From Azolla caroliniana (Eukaryota > Plantae > Polypodiophyta), in the NCBI GenBank assembly GCA_043228905.1, contig JBHGNT010000016.1, positions 5,952,001-6,016,000 of the forward strand: a DNA stretch of 64,000 bases, in the 5' to 3' direction. Positions 1 to 11,973 of this stretch are shown piece after piece; position 1 is the first letter of the stretch; the number at the start of each line of letters is the position of its first letter. The translations under genes were made by a program, and so were the position numbers. The notes beneath the pieces were generated by a model that was not told where the DNA came from, searched no databases, and worked only from the letters and a program-made list of their open reading frames with translations.

Positions 1-832
1 AACTGTGACAATGGGGGCATTGATGAATGCGTGTTTGAGTGAGTCGAACACATTTTGTGTCATCAAGGTCCATAAAAAGGGAGTACCTTTGTGGGTGAGG
101 GTGATAAAAGGTTGGGCTAGGGTGGAAAACCCCTTGATGCAGCGACAATAATACTTTGCGAAGCCGAGGAAGGATTGCACATCGTGGAGTCACCCACTCC
201 CGAATTATTGAGACCTTCTTCATATCCATCATGATGCCAGTGGGCGAGATGATGTAGCCTAGGAATTCAATCGAGGTACAATCGTGCTCCTAAAGTTTAG
301 CAAGAACTAATCGAACTTGGCGGGTGTGCTCCGCCATGTTTGGCGAAAAAATGAGAATATCATCAAGGTAGATGACCATGAAATGATCGAGATATTCTCG
401 GAATATATCATTCATCATATGTTGAAAAACAGTTGGGACGTTAGTAAGGCCGAAAGGAATTACCGTGTATTCAAAATGCCCACACCGTGTTCGGAATGCA
501 GTTTTCCATTCATCACTAGTCTTGATGCGTACCAGATTGTGCACGCCACGCAAATAAACTTTGGAGAAGGCACATGCAGTGCGGAGCTAGTCGAGGAGTT
601 CAAGAATCAAAGGGAGCGGATAGTGGTTGCGCACAATGAGTTTGCTAAGACCCCGGTAGTCTACACATAAGCGTAGAGAGACGTCCTTCTTCTTCATGAA
701 TAATATGTGGGGCCCGGTCGACGACTTAGAAGGTTGAATAAATCCTTTCGTGAGGTTCTCATCAAGATACACTCGAAGGGCCTTTAGCTCTAGTGTAGAC
801 AACACATATAGAGGACCAAAGGGTGGACACGT
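1..832 (-). mobile_element. Degenerate Ty3/gypsy (chromovirus/Tcn1-like) pol: reverse transcriptase into RNase H; continues at 2225-2565
   Basis: RT motifs in the ORFs: [52 protein letters not shown]; downstream QSFLGFAKYYCRCIKGFS. Frameshifts and stops are present. Confidence 0.9.
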
Positions 833-2224
833 TGTCGTGGAAATACCCGTGTGTGGCTTGGGCGGGACCACTGGGATCTTGAACTTAGGAGTAAAAGGGA
901 GGAATGGAAGGTCAACCCTTACAGCCTCCGAGCTCAAAAGGGGAAGAACAATGTGCGAAGGATTAACACGACCAAGAACTAACTGAGACAAGGTTCATCA
1001 AACAAATTCCATTACGAGGCACAAAAGCCAGAATATGATTACAATCGCGGCCATATAGACCGAACTCAAGCACAACTAGAAGAACCTAACCAGATAGGAA
1101 GAAGACCTAAACCCTAATCGAGAGAAAGGAAAATAATAGAAAAGGGAACCTAGAACCAAAACCCTAAAACGAAATAGGGATAACACGAAGAAGAAGAAAA
1201 GAAACCCTAACGGTCTACCTCAAAACGACAAAATGGCGACCTCCTCAATGGTGCCTCCTCACCCCCTTTTACAAAAGGAGAGGCCAAATATTCCACACTT
1301 TTCAAAGAGGGATATTTGCCTTGGTTTTAGGAGGAGAGATTGATAGGACCTTAACTCCCTCTCCTCTCATTTTCACACACACACACACACCACCATGCCT
1401 ACTACTTATTACACCCATAGATTGACATATTCGCATTCGTTGGGTTTTCTATTTGAATGCAAACGAATACGAATACGAATGGGTGGTCAAGTATTCGTTT
1501 AACTAAAAAAACAAAAAAACTCTACCTTTTTTAATTTCCTAGGATAAAAAAAAAGGAACCTGACAATTAATAGGGATAATAAAAGATGGACTTGGGGATT
1601 TGAGACTACTAAATTTTTATAATAAATGTATAACTTATAAGTTATAAGTATTCGTTTTATTTTTAATAAATAAATAAAATAAAATAAAGGCTCATTAATT
1701 TCTCACTTTTTATTCCCTCAAAATTTATGGATATTTTTATTTTGACATTAAAAATAGTACTTCAAACTAATCATATCTTCAAAGTTCATACTAATCATAT
1801 TTGCAGAATAAATATAAAAATATTCGTTTTTTAAAAATTAATTAATTAAAATAAGTTTTATATAATAGTTCTTTTTTTGGTGAAATAAATTTATTTAAAT
1901 AAATAAATAAATATTTTATATTTATTTTGCAAAACGAATGGTTTTCTAATATTCTTAGGGCCATTTCGTGTGTCAATCTATGATTACACCCTTACTCCCA
2001 TGCACTCCCCTTAGTCTACATGTGCATGTGCACCTAAGTGCACATAACATTTGTACTTCACGAACTTTGTAGTGAACTTTTAGTGCCTTACATTATACCC
2101 TTTCCTTATACATAGTTTTTCTTATTTCTATTTACAAATTCATTAACTACATGTGCAATGTTGCACATCCCCGTTTTATTCGTCCCACTTGGGTTTCTCA
2201 CCGTAGTCGAAAATCCCCACAACA
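833..2224. mobile_element. Solo-LTR-like insertion in the gypsy pol
   Basis: Termini TGTCGTGG...CCACAACA are imperfectly inverted. ACGT is duplicated on both sides (829-832, 2225-2228). Removing the insert restores the pol peptide [15 protein letters not shown]. Confidence 0.8.
1416..1982. mobile_element. hAT-type MITE nested in the solo LTR
   Basis: 12-bp TIR CATAGATTGACA / TGTCAATCTATG; perfect 8-bp TSD ATTACACC (1408-1415, 1983-1990); very AT-rich non-coding interior. Confidence 0.88.
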
Positions 2225-2565
2225 ACGTGCCTTCTTGAAGATCAATCGAACAGTCGTAGAACCGGTGTTCAGGCAAACGATCTGCATTACGTTTCTCAAA
2301 TATATCGGAGAAGTATTTATACTTGTGGGGAAGAACGTGGAGTGTGTTAGAAGCAACTCCACAAATGGCGAGCGGGTGATGAACTAAGGCATAAACGGCC
2401 CCATCCTGGACCGAGGGTGGGATGGCCAAGTCAAAATCGGCCTTCTCTGGAGGATATGAAACTTAATTGACCTTCACAGTTGTGCACGAACATCTTGGCT
2501 CGCTAAATGTGATCGAGCGATTGCACCAATCCACTATGGGATTGTGCGCCTCCAACCACGATTGA
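2225..2565 (-). mobile_element. Gypsy pol remnant (protease end to RT linker)
   Basis: Peptides WLEAHNPIVDW..SITF and LPHKYKYFSDIFEKRNADRLPEHRFYDCSIDLQEGT, contiguous with 1-832 once the insertion is removed. Confidence 0.85.
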
Positions 2566-3873
2566 ATACACATATTTATACAAGTTCTAAGATAATTTGA
2601 ATATTATTAGAATATACCTAAGAAATATCTCTAGAATATATCATAGAATATTTCTAGAGTATATTAAAGACTAAAATATTCTGAATGTACTATACTAGAC
2701 TATACAATATTAAACCATATATAATTTATATGTAACTTAAGGGTTTCCAAATGGTTTATCTAATACTAAGTATTGGGTGTGTTTTAGGTTAGAGGTTCAA
2801 CTCTAGATGTGACATGAACAACATTCTAGATTGAGACTATTAAGCTTAATAGGTTGTCAAAATTAAAAAATATGGCATTATTTCCTTAACATTACACCCC
2901 AAATCACGACAACAATTTATTTTTTATTTTTTTTTGCCAAAAAAATATTTTTCATTAGTAGAATTTCTACATACATGACGAAATGATTAGTCTAAAAACA
3001 TTATAAAGGCAATAGCCATGATAGGCCAATAACAGAGCTCAAAGACGTAGAGTGAAAGACTAAAAAGAATGGCATTGGACTTCTATATGTAATGAATGTC
3101 TAGCGAAACCCCCTTGAGTATGATTCGTCCTAACCTTCTTCCATTGAACAATCAACACATACTAGTGCCTTCAACTTAGTTAAAAATTTCTGCGGACTAC
3201 TTCAACACTTGCTTCAACTGTTGCATTTGTAGACACCAAAAATTCCCATGATGCCCATGTAGCTATTTTCTTCAACATGTGTTGACTTAGCCTTATGCAG
3301 GCTGACCAAAAGACTTTATATCCTCATTGAGATCTACATCAGAAAAAGTTCCTTCCAAATCTTCAGGGTCTTTCATTTCAATCAAAACCTTCTCAAAAGA
3401 TTGAATTTCATGTAATGCTTCTTTGGAGACTTGGTAGGAGAAATCACAGGTAGAGGCTTAATGTCTGTCTACAAGTGAACATTGATCATGCCACAACAAT
3501 GGCTAGAAAAAAAATTGGTTAGGTAGTTTATGGACCCTAAACTAGTTGGTGTAGCTCATGGTTGTCGACTTAAGTTGTGGGCGCCTAATCACATACCTCA
3601 ATATTGGCAAAACCTATGCTTCTTGTCAAGCTCATGTTAAGACAATGCCACCATCTACCCACACTCACCTAGTTAAGAAACAAGCTAATTAACTAAAACA
3701 CACAAGTCTTAGTGAACATACACAATATAACTAAGAAAAGTGTGTGCTCAAGTAAAAGTGCCATGCTTGCATGATTGCATCAACCAAGACTTAAGATGAA
3801 ACAATTAGTGCTAATATGTTACTTATATCATTTAGACAAGCTCAAGTCTCAAGAATGAGGTGAAGAACATTTC

Positions 3874-4469
3874 TGACGAGAAATATGCAAAATAATCTCC
3901 AGCCACAACCGAAGCGTAGATCACTTGATGACAATCAAACACAAAAGAAATGGGAATGGAGGTAAGTACACAAACAGAAAGAGAATACACAGGATGTTAA
4001 CGTGGAAAACCCTGAGAGGGAAAAACCACATACTCCAAACTATCACTATGTCAAGGAGTACAACAGGGAGTACAAAGACAATGACCTCTTGCTCACAATC
4101 TTCGCCTTGCGGCGGTTACAATAGAGACATGCTCTGTATCGCTCTCTCTCTTTCTCTCAGTACAATCGTTACACCAATAACACTATACAAAGATAATAAC
4201 AACAACTATGATAATAATAAAATACACATTGTTTGCCCTAGGTCACATTTATACTAATATGACATTAGGACTATTTACAGATATAGCCCCAATGGGCTCT
4301 CAGAAACATATCTACATATATGTCCCTTCATCCGGTGAGAGGTTCTCACCGGGCCTGCAACATCCGGTTCTCACTGGGTCTTCCTTGCCAGATACTCGTC
4401 ATCCGGTTCTCATTGGGTCTTCTGATGCCGGGCCTTTGTATCCCATCCGGAGGGACCGAGATCCTAACA
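3874..4469 (-). mobile_element. Solo LTR, copia-like
   Basis: TG...CA ends with 5-bp TSD ATTTC (3869-3873, 4470-4474). Contains TTAACGTGGAAAACCC..GGGAAAAACCA, typical of copia LTRs, and internal CATCCGGTTCTCA repeats. Confidence 0.8.
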
Positions 4470-4971
4470 ATTTCAAAGAAGCTAACTCATTACCTTTTCT
4501 ACCTCTTTACAACTTGATTGCATTTGTCTTTATGCACTTTGGAAACTACTCATTCCTGCATTCTACCAAGTTGCCACATTCTAATGCATGTTAGTGTCAA
4601 TATTCATGCCAATCAAGTGGACAATAGGTACTTGAACACTACAACTAATAATAAATCCTTGTTTAAAAAGGAATACAATTCATTTGGTAATCCATGATGT
4701 GCTTATATGATAGAGTAGTCAATTATGTTTTATAGATGAATGCGACACATCTACATGTATGCACAACATGGTACTTATATGTGGATTTGCAATGTAATTT
4801 CACATAAAACTCATACTTTTATGTGGATTTACAATGCAATGCTCAAATCTTCATGATAATGTTTAAAGCAATACACACCATCATTTCTTACTCCTAATCA
4901 TACAACACTAAATTCTATTTATTGCCATTAGTCAACATGGACACGTATTGAGACATATGAGTATTACTTTT

Positions 4972-5419
4972 TGTTGAGAGATCAAGCTCAATTTAGTTTA
5001 GTTAGTTAGTCAACAATGTAACTTCGTAGTTACCTAGATAGAATCTAGTTAGAAGTGTTGACTAGAACGCCTTAAATAGGACCTTGTACTTAAGTGGGAT
5101 ATTCTAGATCCTCCACTCCTAAGTACATTTAATATAGGACTTACACATTAGTACCTATATTCTACTCACACATGTGCACCTTTGCACATGAAATGTATAT
5201 ATACCTCATTGTGGGTATTTTTGTATTTTGATGATGATAATGCTAAGTTAATATACTTACTCATCCCCCATCTTGTGTTATTCATAAGTGTATCTCTCTC
5301 TCTCTCTCTCTCTTCCTCTCACACACATACACACATATCACTTAATCTTCCGCTTATCAACTAATCACATAATTAGGTACTAATTAATCCTTGCTTAATT
5401 ACTTACCTAATTCTTAACA
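4972..5419 (+). mobile_element. Solo LTR
   Basis: TGTTGAG...CTTAACA inverted termini; 5-bp TSD CTTTT (4967-4971, 5420-5424); TATA-like tract followed by CT/CA microsatellite. Confidence 0.75.
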
Positions 5420-7045
5420 CTTTTGAATTTGTAAAAAGCAAAATGCATCCACATTGAAATGATTCATAAAATTTTCTTTTATGATGTAAGTGCTCTTTTT
5501 GCTTAACTATCACACGAGGAATCCATAACTTGGCATAAAATGTCTTATTCATGGATGCACATTTACATGGAACTCTCACATTTGCCTTTAATTTAGTCAT
5601 AAGTTATAACATACGGACAAAGGCCAAACACGTTTTTTGTGTTCATGAACCATCACTAGAAAACATACACTCTCTTTTTGTGCATATGCAACAAGATAAA
5701 TATCGACTTGATGCACTTTCTTGGCGAATTTATTTGAGCACTTGTTTTCATATAGCACATCTTAGAGAGAATATTTTAAGTAGCGTAATTTATATATTAT
5801 ATGTAAGTATTATTTATAATACCCTAAACAAAATATTAATCCTGTGAGTATGATTCATAATCCCATAAACAAAATGTTAAGCATTCTTTTACTAACAAAC
5901 AATCATGTGAGTTGCAAAGTTCCGATGTACAAATAAAGAAGAAGTAGGGGTATAAAACATAGTACAAGAGGTAAAGTCATGTGTTCTACATGACCCTTCA
6001 ATGAATAAATTAAGCCATAATGTAGTGGAATAATAAGGAGTTGCCTTTGATAAAGATGTGTTTGACATTGGAAGTTATTCCTCTTTCAAAATTTTAAACG
6101 AAACGAAGTTATTAAAGAGCCAAGGCTTTGATAATGCAATATGAATTCCATTAATAATTGAGATTATTGTTCACAATAGAGAGTATAAAATGAATGTTCA
6201 AGTCGAGCATCTCTCAAAGTTGCTAGACGAAAGGCACATGGGTGCCTTCGAGGGAACATGACCAATGCACAAGGGCTTGAGCCACTTGATTTGTTGATAT
6301 AGGAAGAGTTGTTCATCCCCACACAATTACAAGCATCATCACAATTAATATGACGGTTTAACTCATTAACAAGACAAATCATTATTAATGCCATAAAGTG
6401 CTCCTCAAATACCTCAGATGAGAGGGTGGTATTGTTCTTGACAATATGATATGCAACCATGGTTCATACTATTAACATCATGGCCCCACACTCACAGCAT
6501 GGTCGCACGAAGGATGCATTTCAAGGAATTTAATTGTACACAAGGGAGTAAACTCGTGGCTATATATAGGACCATTGGCGCCCAACCACAAATTTTCCCA
6601 AGGAAAGCCCCATCAATCGGCAAAAGGTCATGATTCCCATAGAAGAAAAAAACACACAACTTTAAGGCTAGATCGGCCACTCCTTTATCCGATGTTTCCT
6701 TCATGGCTTATTAGCATTAGTTTCCTTTTTCAACTGGATTTATATGAAAACATCAATGTTGCATATCACTGGACCAACTACATATATTGACCCCCCCCCT
6801 CCCAAGTTCCTATGGCACTGTGTTGTGCATCTTAAAGCCAAGCCACAAATGCTAACATCACATAATGAACAAAGGGAGCACATATGGCTCCTCATTTGAC
6901 GACAATTTGGCATGCAAGCTATTATATAGCACAAAGAGCAATAATTCTTTTGCTTCGAGTGAGCGACACAAGAGGTGGGGGGGGGAGGGGGGTGCAACAA
7001 CACCTAAATGATCATCTAGACCATGGTAGAGAGAGAGAGAGCCTA

Positions 7046-7136
7046 GATGGATGTAGCTTAGTTGGTAAGGTTGCCCAATGGAGACCAGGTGGTCATGGGT
7101 TCAACCCCTACATTCCACAGTGGCATTTAGTGAATT
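7046..7136 (+). mobile_element. tRNA-derived SINE, family A, copy 1
   Basis: Pol III A box TAGCTTAGTTGG and B box GGTTCAACCC; homologous copies at 48552 (+) and 60167 (-). Confidence 0.7.
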
Positions 7137-7269
7137 AAGAGATATATAAGAAGTATATAATAGAGATGTGAGGAAATTATGCTTATAGTGCTAACAACTT
7201 ACCACTAGGGTAAGGTAATTACGATAAAAAGAGAGAGAGAGAGAGAGAGCGGATATGTATGGAGTAATA

Positions 7270-7362
7270 GAGTGGTGAGAAAATCGGGTTTTGAACCAAC
7301 GACCTAGAGCTAAGAGTGTAACAAAACTTACCATTTTATAGGGTAAGAATTAAGGAAACTAT
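7270..7362 (-). mobile_element. tRNA-derived SINE-like element, family B
   Basis: Minus strand reads TTACCCTA..ATGGTAAG ... GGTTCAAAACC; homologue at 48890-48962; partial copy at about 7185-7225. Confidence 0.5.
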
Positions 7363-7498
7363 GATAAAGACAAAGAGAGAGGAGGGGTATTTTTTGCAAT
7401 TTCCTGAAACTTGAGAGGATGGAGGGGTATTTGGGTAAATTCCCATTTCTACGTAAAAATGTTAGTGCTCTTTTCTGGCCCTAAGCATTCTAGAAGTA

Positions 7499-7542
7499 GA
7501 AGAAGAAGAAAAGAAGAAGAAGAAGAAGAAGAAGAAGAAGAA
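7499..7542 (+). repeat. (GAA)n microsatellite in the 5' region of the methyltransferase gene
   Basis: Run of GAA units read directly from the sequence. Confidence 0.9.
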
Positions 7543-7717
7543 ATGTCGGTCTTCTGTCTCTGTTTCTGTCAGATGATGATCATGTAGTAACTTTCGTCAC
7601 GCCTGCAGGGAGGAATTTCGTGAACAAATGCGAGAAAACCCATTTGATCTCAAAACTCACACAGATAAAGTGGCTGAGGCCTCATCGGCAGAGGTGAAGG
7701 ATTGCATTTCTTGAGCT

Positions 7718-10700
7718 ATGAAGTCTCACTCTCTGTTTTCCTGCTTGCCTGGCCCCCATAGCTGTCTTAATCTCAGTAATAGCGGCGACAAGAGTCAATG
7801 CCTCGCTACGCAACACCAGCAGCAGCAGCAGCCACACAAACAAAAGAGAAAACAAGAAGACGGCGGAGAGGATGAAGAGGAAGGACACAACTCTTTCCCT
7901 CCTGCTATGGAGGTTTTTCCTTCAGATGTAAGCGATTCATGCTTCCTACCATACCTTATCCGTTTCTTCTTTCCTTCAAACTTGGCGTGTATATTTTGTT
8001 TTTCTAGTTTTCTTTCTTCCTGCTTAGCTTCAATCCTGGTATGACACGAATCATGGTGTGAATTTCTCTGGTGTATTTGATTGAATAACATCAAAAAATT
8101 TAAGCTAAACATGTAGACATACATATGTGTATGCGTGTTTATATGTTTATATGCATACACATATATGTCGTGCACATTTTTATGCATATAGATTAATAAG
8201 TCAATACACGTCCTTCAGCTATACACACATGAGTGTATGTATGCATATCTGTAAATATCTGTCCAATAAGTATACATATATGTATATTTATGTATAATAC
8301 ATACATATGTGTGTGTGTGTGTGTGTATGCATATGAGTTTTTCAGGGTTCTCAATTTGTGAATCGTTCACATTCATTTAATTCATAAATTCTTTGATTAC
8401 TTTTTTAGGTGGTGAATTCCAAGTCCTTTGCAACTGAGCCCATCAACTTACAGGGTGGACTTGTCTTGTTGAAGGTATATTTTCGATTCTTAATATTATG
8501 AAAACTTGTGATATAGAGTGCACCTATAGATCGTCTTGTCATCAGTGCATTGTTGTAGATGTTAGCTATTTCTCTCCCTGTTTGCAAACCAATTCCAGAC
8601 AATTATTGAATCTCAAAAGTGAAGGCAGACTTGAGCACATTCAAAGGTAGTGGTATATTGCAATGAAAAATATTACTATAAAAATATAAGGATTTTGATG
8701 GCTTCGTCATAGGTCATTTTTTCCACAAAGAAGTCATATTTATGTTGAATGACAAATTCATGCTTAATATTTGTGCTCGGCTCTCTAGGTCAAGTAATCC
8801 CAATGGAGTTTTGTTGGGCCAAAGGGTATAATTATGATACTGTTGGCCAAGTTGATATGGAACTAAAAGCAATTGAAAACAAAATGAAAGCAAGGACATG
8901 AGAAGTTTACGTGGTTCAAAGATTGCCTCTGTCTACCATTTTCACTGAGAAGATTACAAGAGGAATATGTGAAAATACTCTTAATTTACTCTCAACTTCA
9001 CTGAGAAGATTACAAGAGGAATATGTGAAAATACTCTTAATTTACTCTCAACCTTACTTAGCTTTAAAAACTGTGGTTTTTACACTCACTCAGTCTTAGC
9101 TATTTGCTAAGCTCTTCACAATCACTCATTTTTCCCCTCAAATGGTTTTATCTTCTTCAGTGTTCAATTGCAAAGAAGGAATTCCTATTTATAGGTCTTC
9201 ACAAACACACCATGCAATAAGCACTTGTCTAACATGCTTGATACCCAACAACATTGGATCAAGAGTGCATGAGTAATTTTCCTCCACTGTCTCAATCAAT
9301 GTTCCTTGTCATCTGCACAATTCACAATTTTCATTGGTGCTCATGTTTCGTGAAAATATAAGCATGATTGTATGATAATTTGAAACTGCTGTAGGGTCGG
9401 GTCAATTCAACTGAGATACTTGGTGTAGGGAACACTGATCTTGTTCCAGGAAAATATGAAGGTATTCTTCTAGGGCTGTTGACATCTGTGATTTATTTTT
9501 GGGGTCTTGATTCATTCAATTTCTGAAAAACATGTTATTTCACAGGGGGCTTAAAGTTGTGGGAGTGCACAGCTGACCTCGTAAACATTCTGCAAGATGA
9601 AATCAAAGATGGAAGGCTGTCATTCAGAGGAAAGCGTGTGTTAGAAGTCAGTATTAGTGCTATTTCCCAGTGAAAAGTTATATATTGTGTATTTCTTTTT
9701 CGGAATCACTAAATTTTTGCTGTGCATGAAATCAGCTTGGGTGTGGTCATGGTCTACCTGGAATATATGCCTGCCTTAAGGTCTCTCTCTCTCTCTCATT
9801 GTGAAAAACATGTTTTTTTCTCTGTTATCGTAAAAGGCATAGCTTTTTTTGGCAATGCATTATGTTACTGTTAGGAAACCTTAATGTTAGTTGAAAGATT
9901 AAATTACTGATAAAAATCTGTTACCAAAGATGTAGAATGTTTCACTTTCTCTCTCTCTCAAAGTGTATTATTAGTTTTGGTCTCATATACCTCGAAGGTA
10001 TTCTGTGGACGTAAATTTGGTCGTTCTTTCTTTCTGTATTCAATTTCATTTCACAGAGCTTTGGATTCAATATCATTTAATATCTAGATTTTTGGGTCTC
10101 ACGCCCACTTCGACCTCTAGAGATGTTAATATAATCTTTCTGTCTTTCTCACCCACGATCCACACATTATTTTGCACTTCCTTAATGTTGTCTTCAAGAG
10201 AATACACTTGTTCAAGGACGTACGGCTCATTTTCATCTCTGTTTTGCCCAGGGAGCATCAACCGTACACTTCCAGGATTTTAATGTTGAGGTTTTACGAA
10301 GCTTAACAATCCGGAATGTGACCGAAAATCTGGTTCATGTTCGACAAATTCATCAAGGTGAATGTGGTCAAGCTCCAAACAAGGCGAAACAACTAACACC
10401 TGATATACACTATTATGCTGGAGACTGGAGTCAGATGGAGAGTTTGCTTTCAATATTTGATCCAGGGCCCCTTGATGAGATAGGCATCAGCACAGGCACA
10501 CAGAATGGTGTCAGCCAAGAAGCAGAACGCTTACAAGAAGGTTCTACTCAAGACGTCATTGAGAAACATGATAGTACAAACCCCAATACGTCTTTGCCAA
10601 AAAGACATGCGAGGAAATTATCTAGCAGCCGAGCATGTGAGAGGGCCACAGATGACGCTGGTGCTTTGGAAGGTGGTTATGACATCATTCTGATGTCAGA

Positions 10701-11973
10701 AACTGTCTATTCGATAGCAGCTTTACCAAAGCTATATGCACTTATAATGAAGGTATTCCAAATCTATATTCCTTGAAGTTTCTCTTTTTAAGGATCTATA
10801 TTCCAAAACCATGCTGACTTTTATTTTTTATTTTTTTCGCAAATGCCAGTGCCAAAAATTCACGCAAACATTGCCAAATGTACTAGAAAAGTTTGTCTTT
10901 CTAAGAGCAAGATCAAGGAACTAGAAAGACAAACTTTTCTAGTACATTTGGCAATGTTTGCGTGAATTTTTGGCACTGGCATTTGCGAAAAAAATAAAAG
11001 TCAGCACTGTTTTCTGATTTTCAATTTTAGAGATATTTGTAGGTCTTGCGTTAGCCATTTCTGAGATCCATGAATGTGTTGAATCTTGCAGTGCCTTCGG
11101 CCACCATATGGTATTGCATATTTGGCTGGCAAAAAGCACTACTTTGGTGTTGGTGGAGGAACCCGTGCATTCAAACATGTTGTGGAAGAAGATGGTATGC
11201 TCTTTTAGTTTTCATATATTCTAAGTTGTAGTAATATATTACTGGTGGGAAACCTTATTATTGAGGTGCAAAAAATGATGTTATTATAGCAGTCTTTTTA
11301 AGATTTGAAACATGTGTTAGGGCAAAACCCAGAATACATTACAAAGAGACGTGATATAAGAACTTCAAAGAGTACGGAACATTCAAAGAAAAGGAATTTA
11401 AGAATTTCAAAAGCTTATTAAAAGGAAATGAGCACTAGATGGCTTAATTGTTACCGTGAAACAAACATATTGTGCATATTTTGGTTGCATGTTTTTATAC
11501 CAAAAGGAAAGGAGCACTAGATTTGTTTTCAGTACAAAGAAGAGCCCGCAAAAGCTGACTATAAGAGATGCCCATCTGGCATCAAGTCAATATATCTGTC
11601 TGAAGACTAGAAACATTCAGACTAGAGGATAACAAGGAGATGATCTGCATGAAGAAAACACTATCACCAAATTTTCAGCTGTGATCGAGGATTCCCATAA
11701 AGAAAATGGAACAGATTTGTTTTAGCTGTGATTGTAACATAAGGTTCACATGCTATCACCATTAGCAGGTCATTCAGTTAATCTGCGAAGGCTTAATTGT
11801 TACCATGGAACAAACATATTGTGCATATTTTGGTTGCATGGTTTTATATGAAATGGTTATAATATTTTTAGTTGTTTCTTTTTCTGCCAGGTTTACTGGG
11901 GGCTCATCTTGTAGCAGAATTTGCAGATGGATCTTCTAACGTACGAGAAGCATGGAAGTTCTTTTTTCGGTGA
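7718..11973 (+). CDS. Histidine protein methyltransferase 1 homolog (METTL18/HPM1 family, like Arabidopsis At2g43320). Exons 7718-7927, 8409-8474, 9395-9461, 9546-9646, 9736-9780, 10252-10752, 11092-11194, 11891-11973
   Basis: GT-AG spliced frame gives PGKYEGGLKLWEC..DGRLSFRGKRVLELGCGHGLPGIYACLKGASTVHFQDFN (SAM motif I), YYAGDW, GGYDIILMSETVY, CLRPPYGIAYLAGKKHYFGVGGG and ..REAWKFFFR*. Confidence 0.92.
8941..9052. repeat. Perfect 56-bp tandem duplication in intron 2
   Basis: TTCACTGAGAAGATTACAAGAGG...TACTCTCAAC occurs twice head to tail. Confidence 0.9.
10812..11006. repeat. Long near-perfect inverted repeat (foldback/MITE-like hairpin) in intron 6
   Basis: Arms of about 85 bp, about 70 bp of them perfectly complementary (TCGCAAATGCCAGTGCC...GTCTTTCTA / TAGAAAGAC...GGCACTGGCATTTGCGA), with an 18-nt loop. 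Confidence 0.92.

Noticed and set aside
7046-7120. Functional tRNA gene
   Set aside because: A and B boxes are present but no anticodon stem forms, and three diverged copies share a non-tRNA tail, which fits a SINE.
8946-9330. Solo LTR in methyltransferase intron 2
   Set aside because: LTR-like composition and a minus-strand TATA, but termini and TSD could not be fixed; only the 56-bp duplication is reported.
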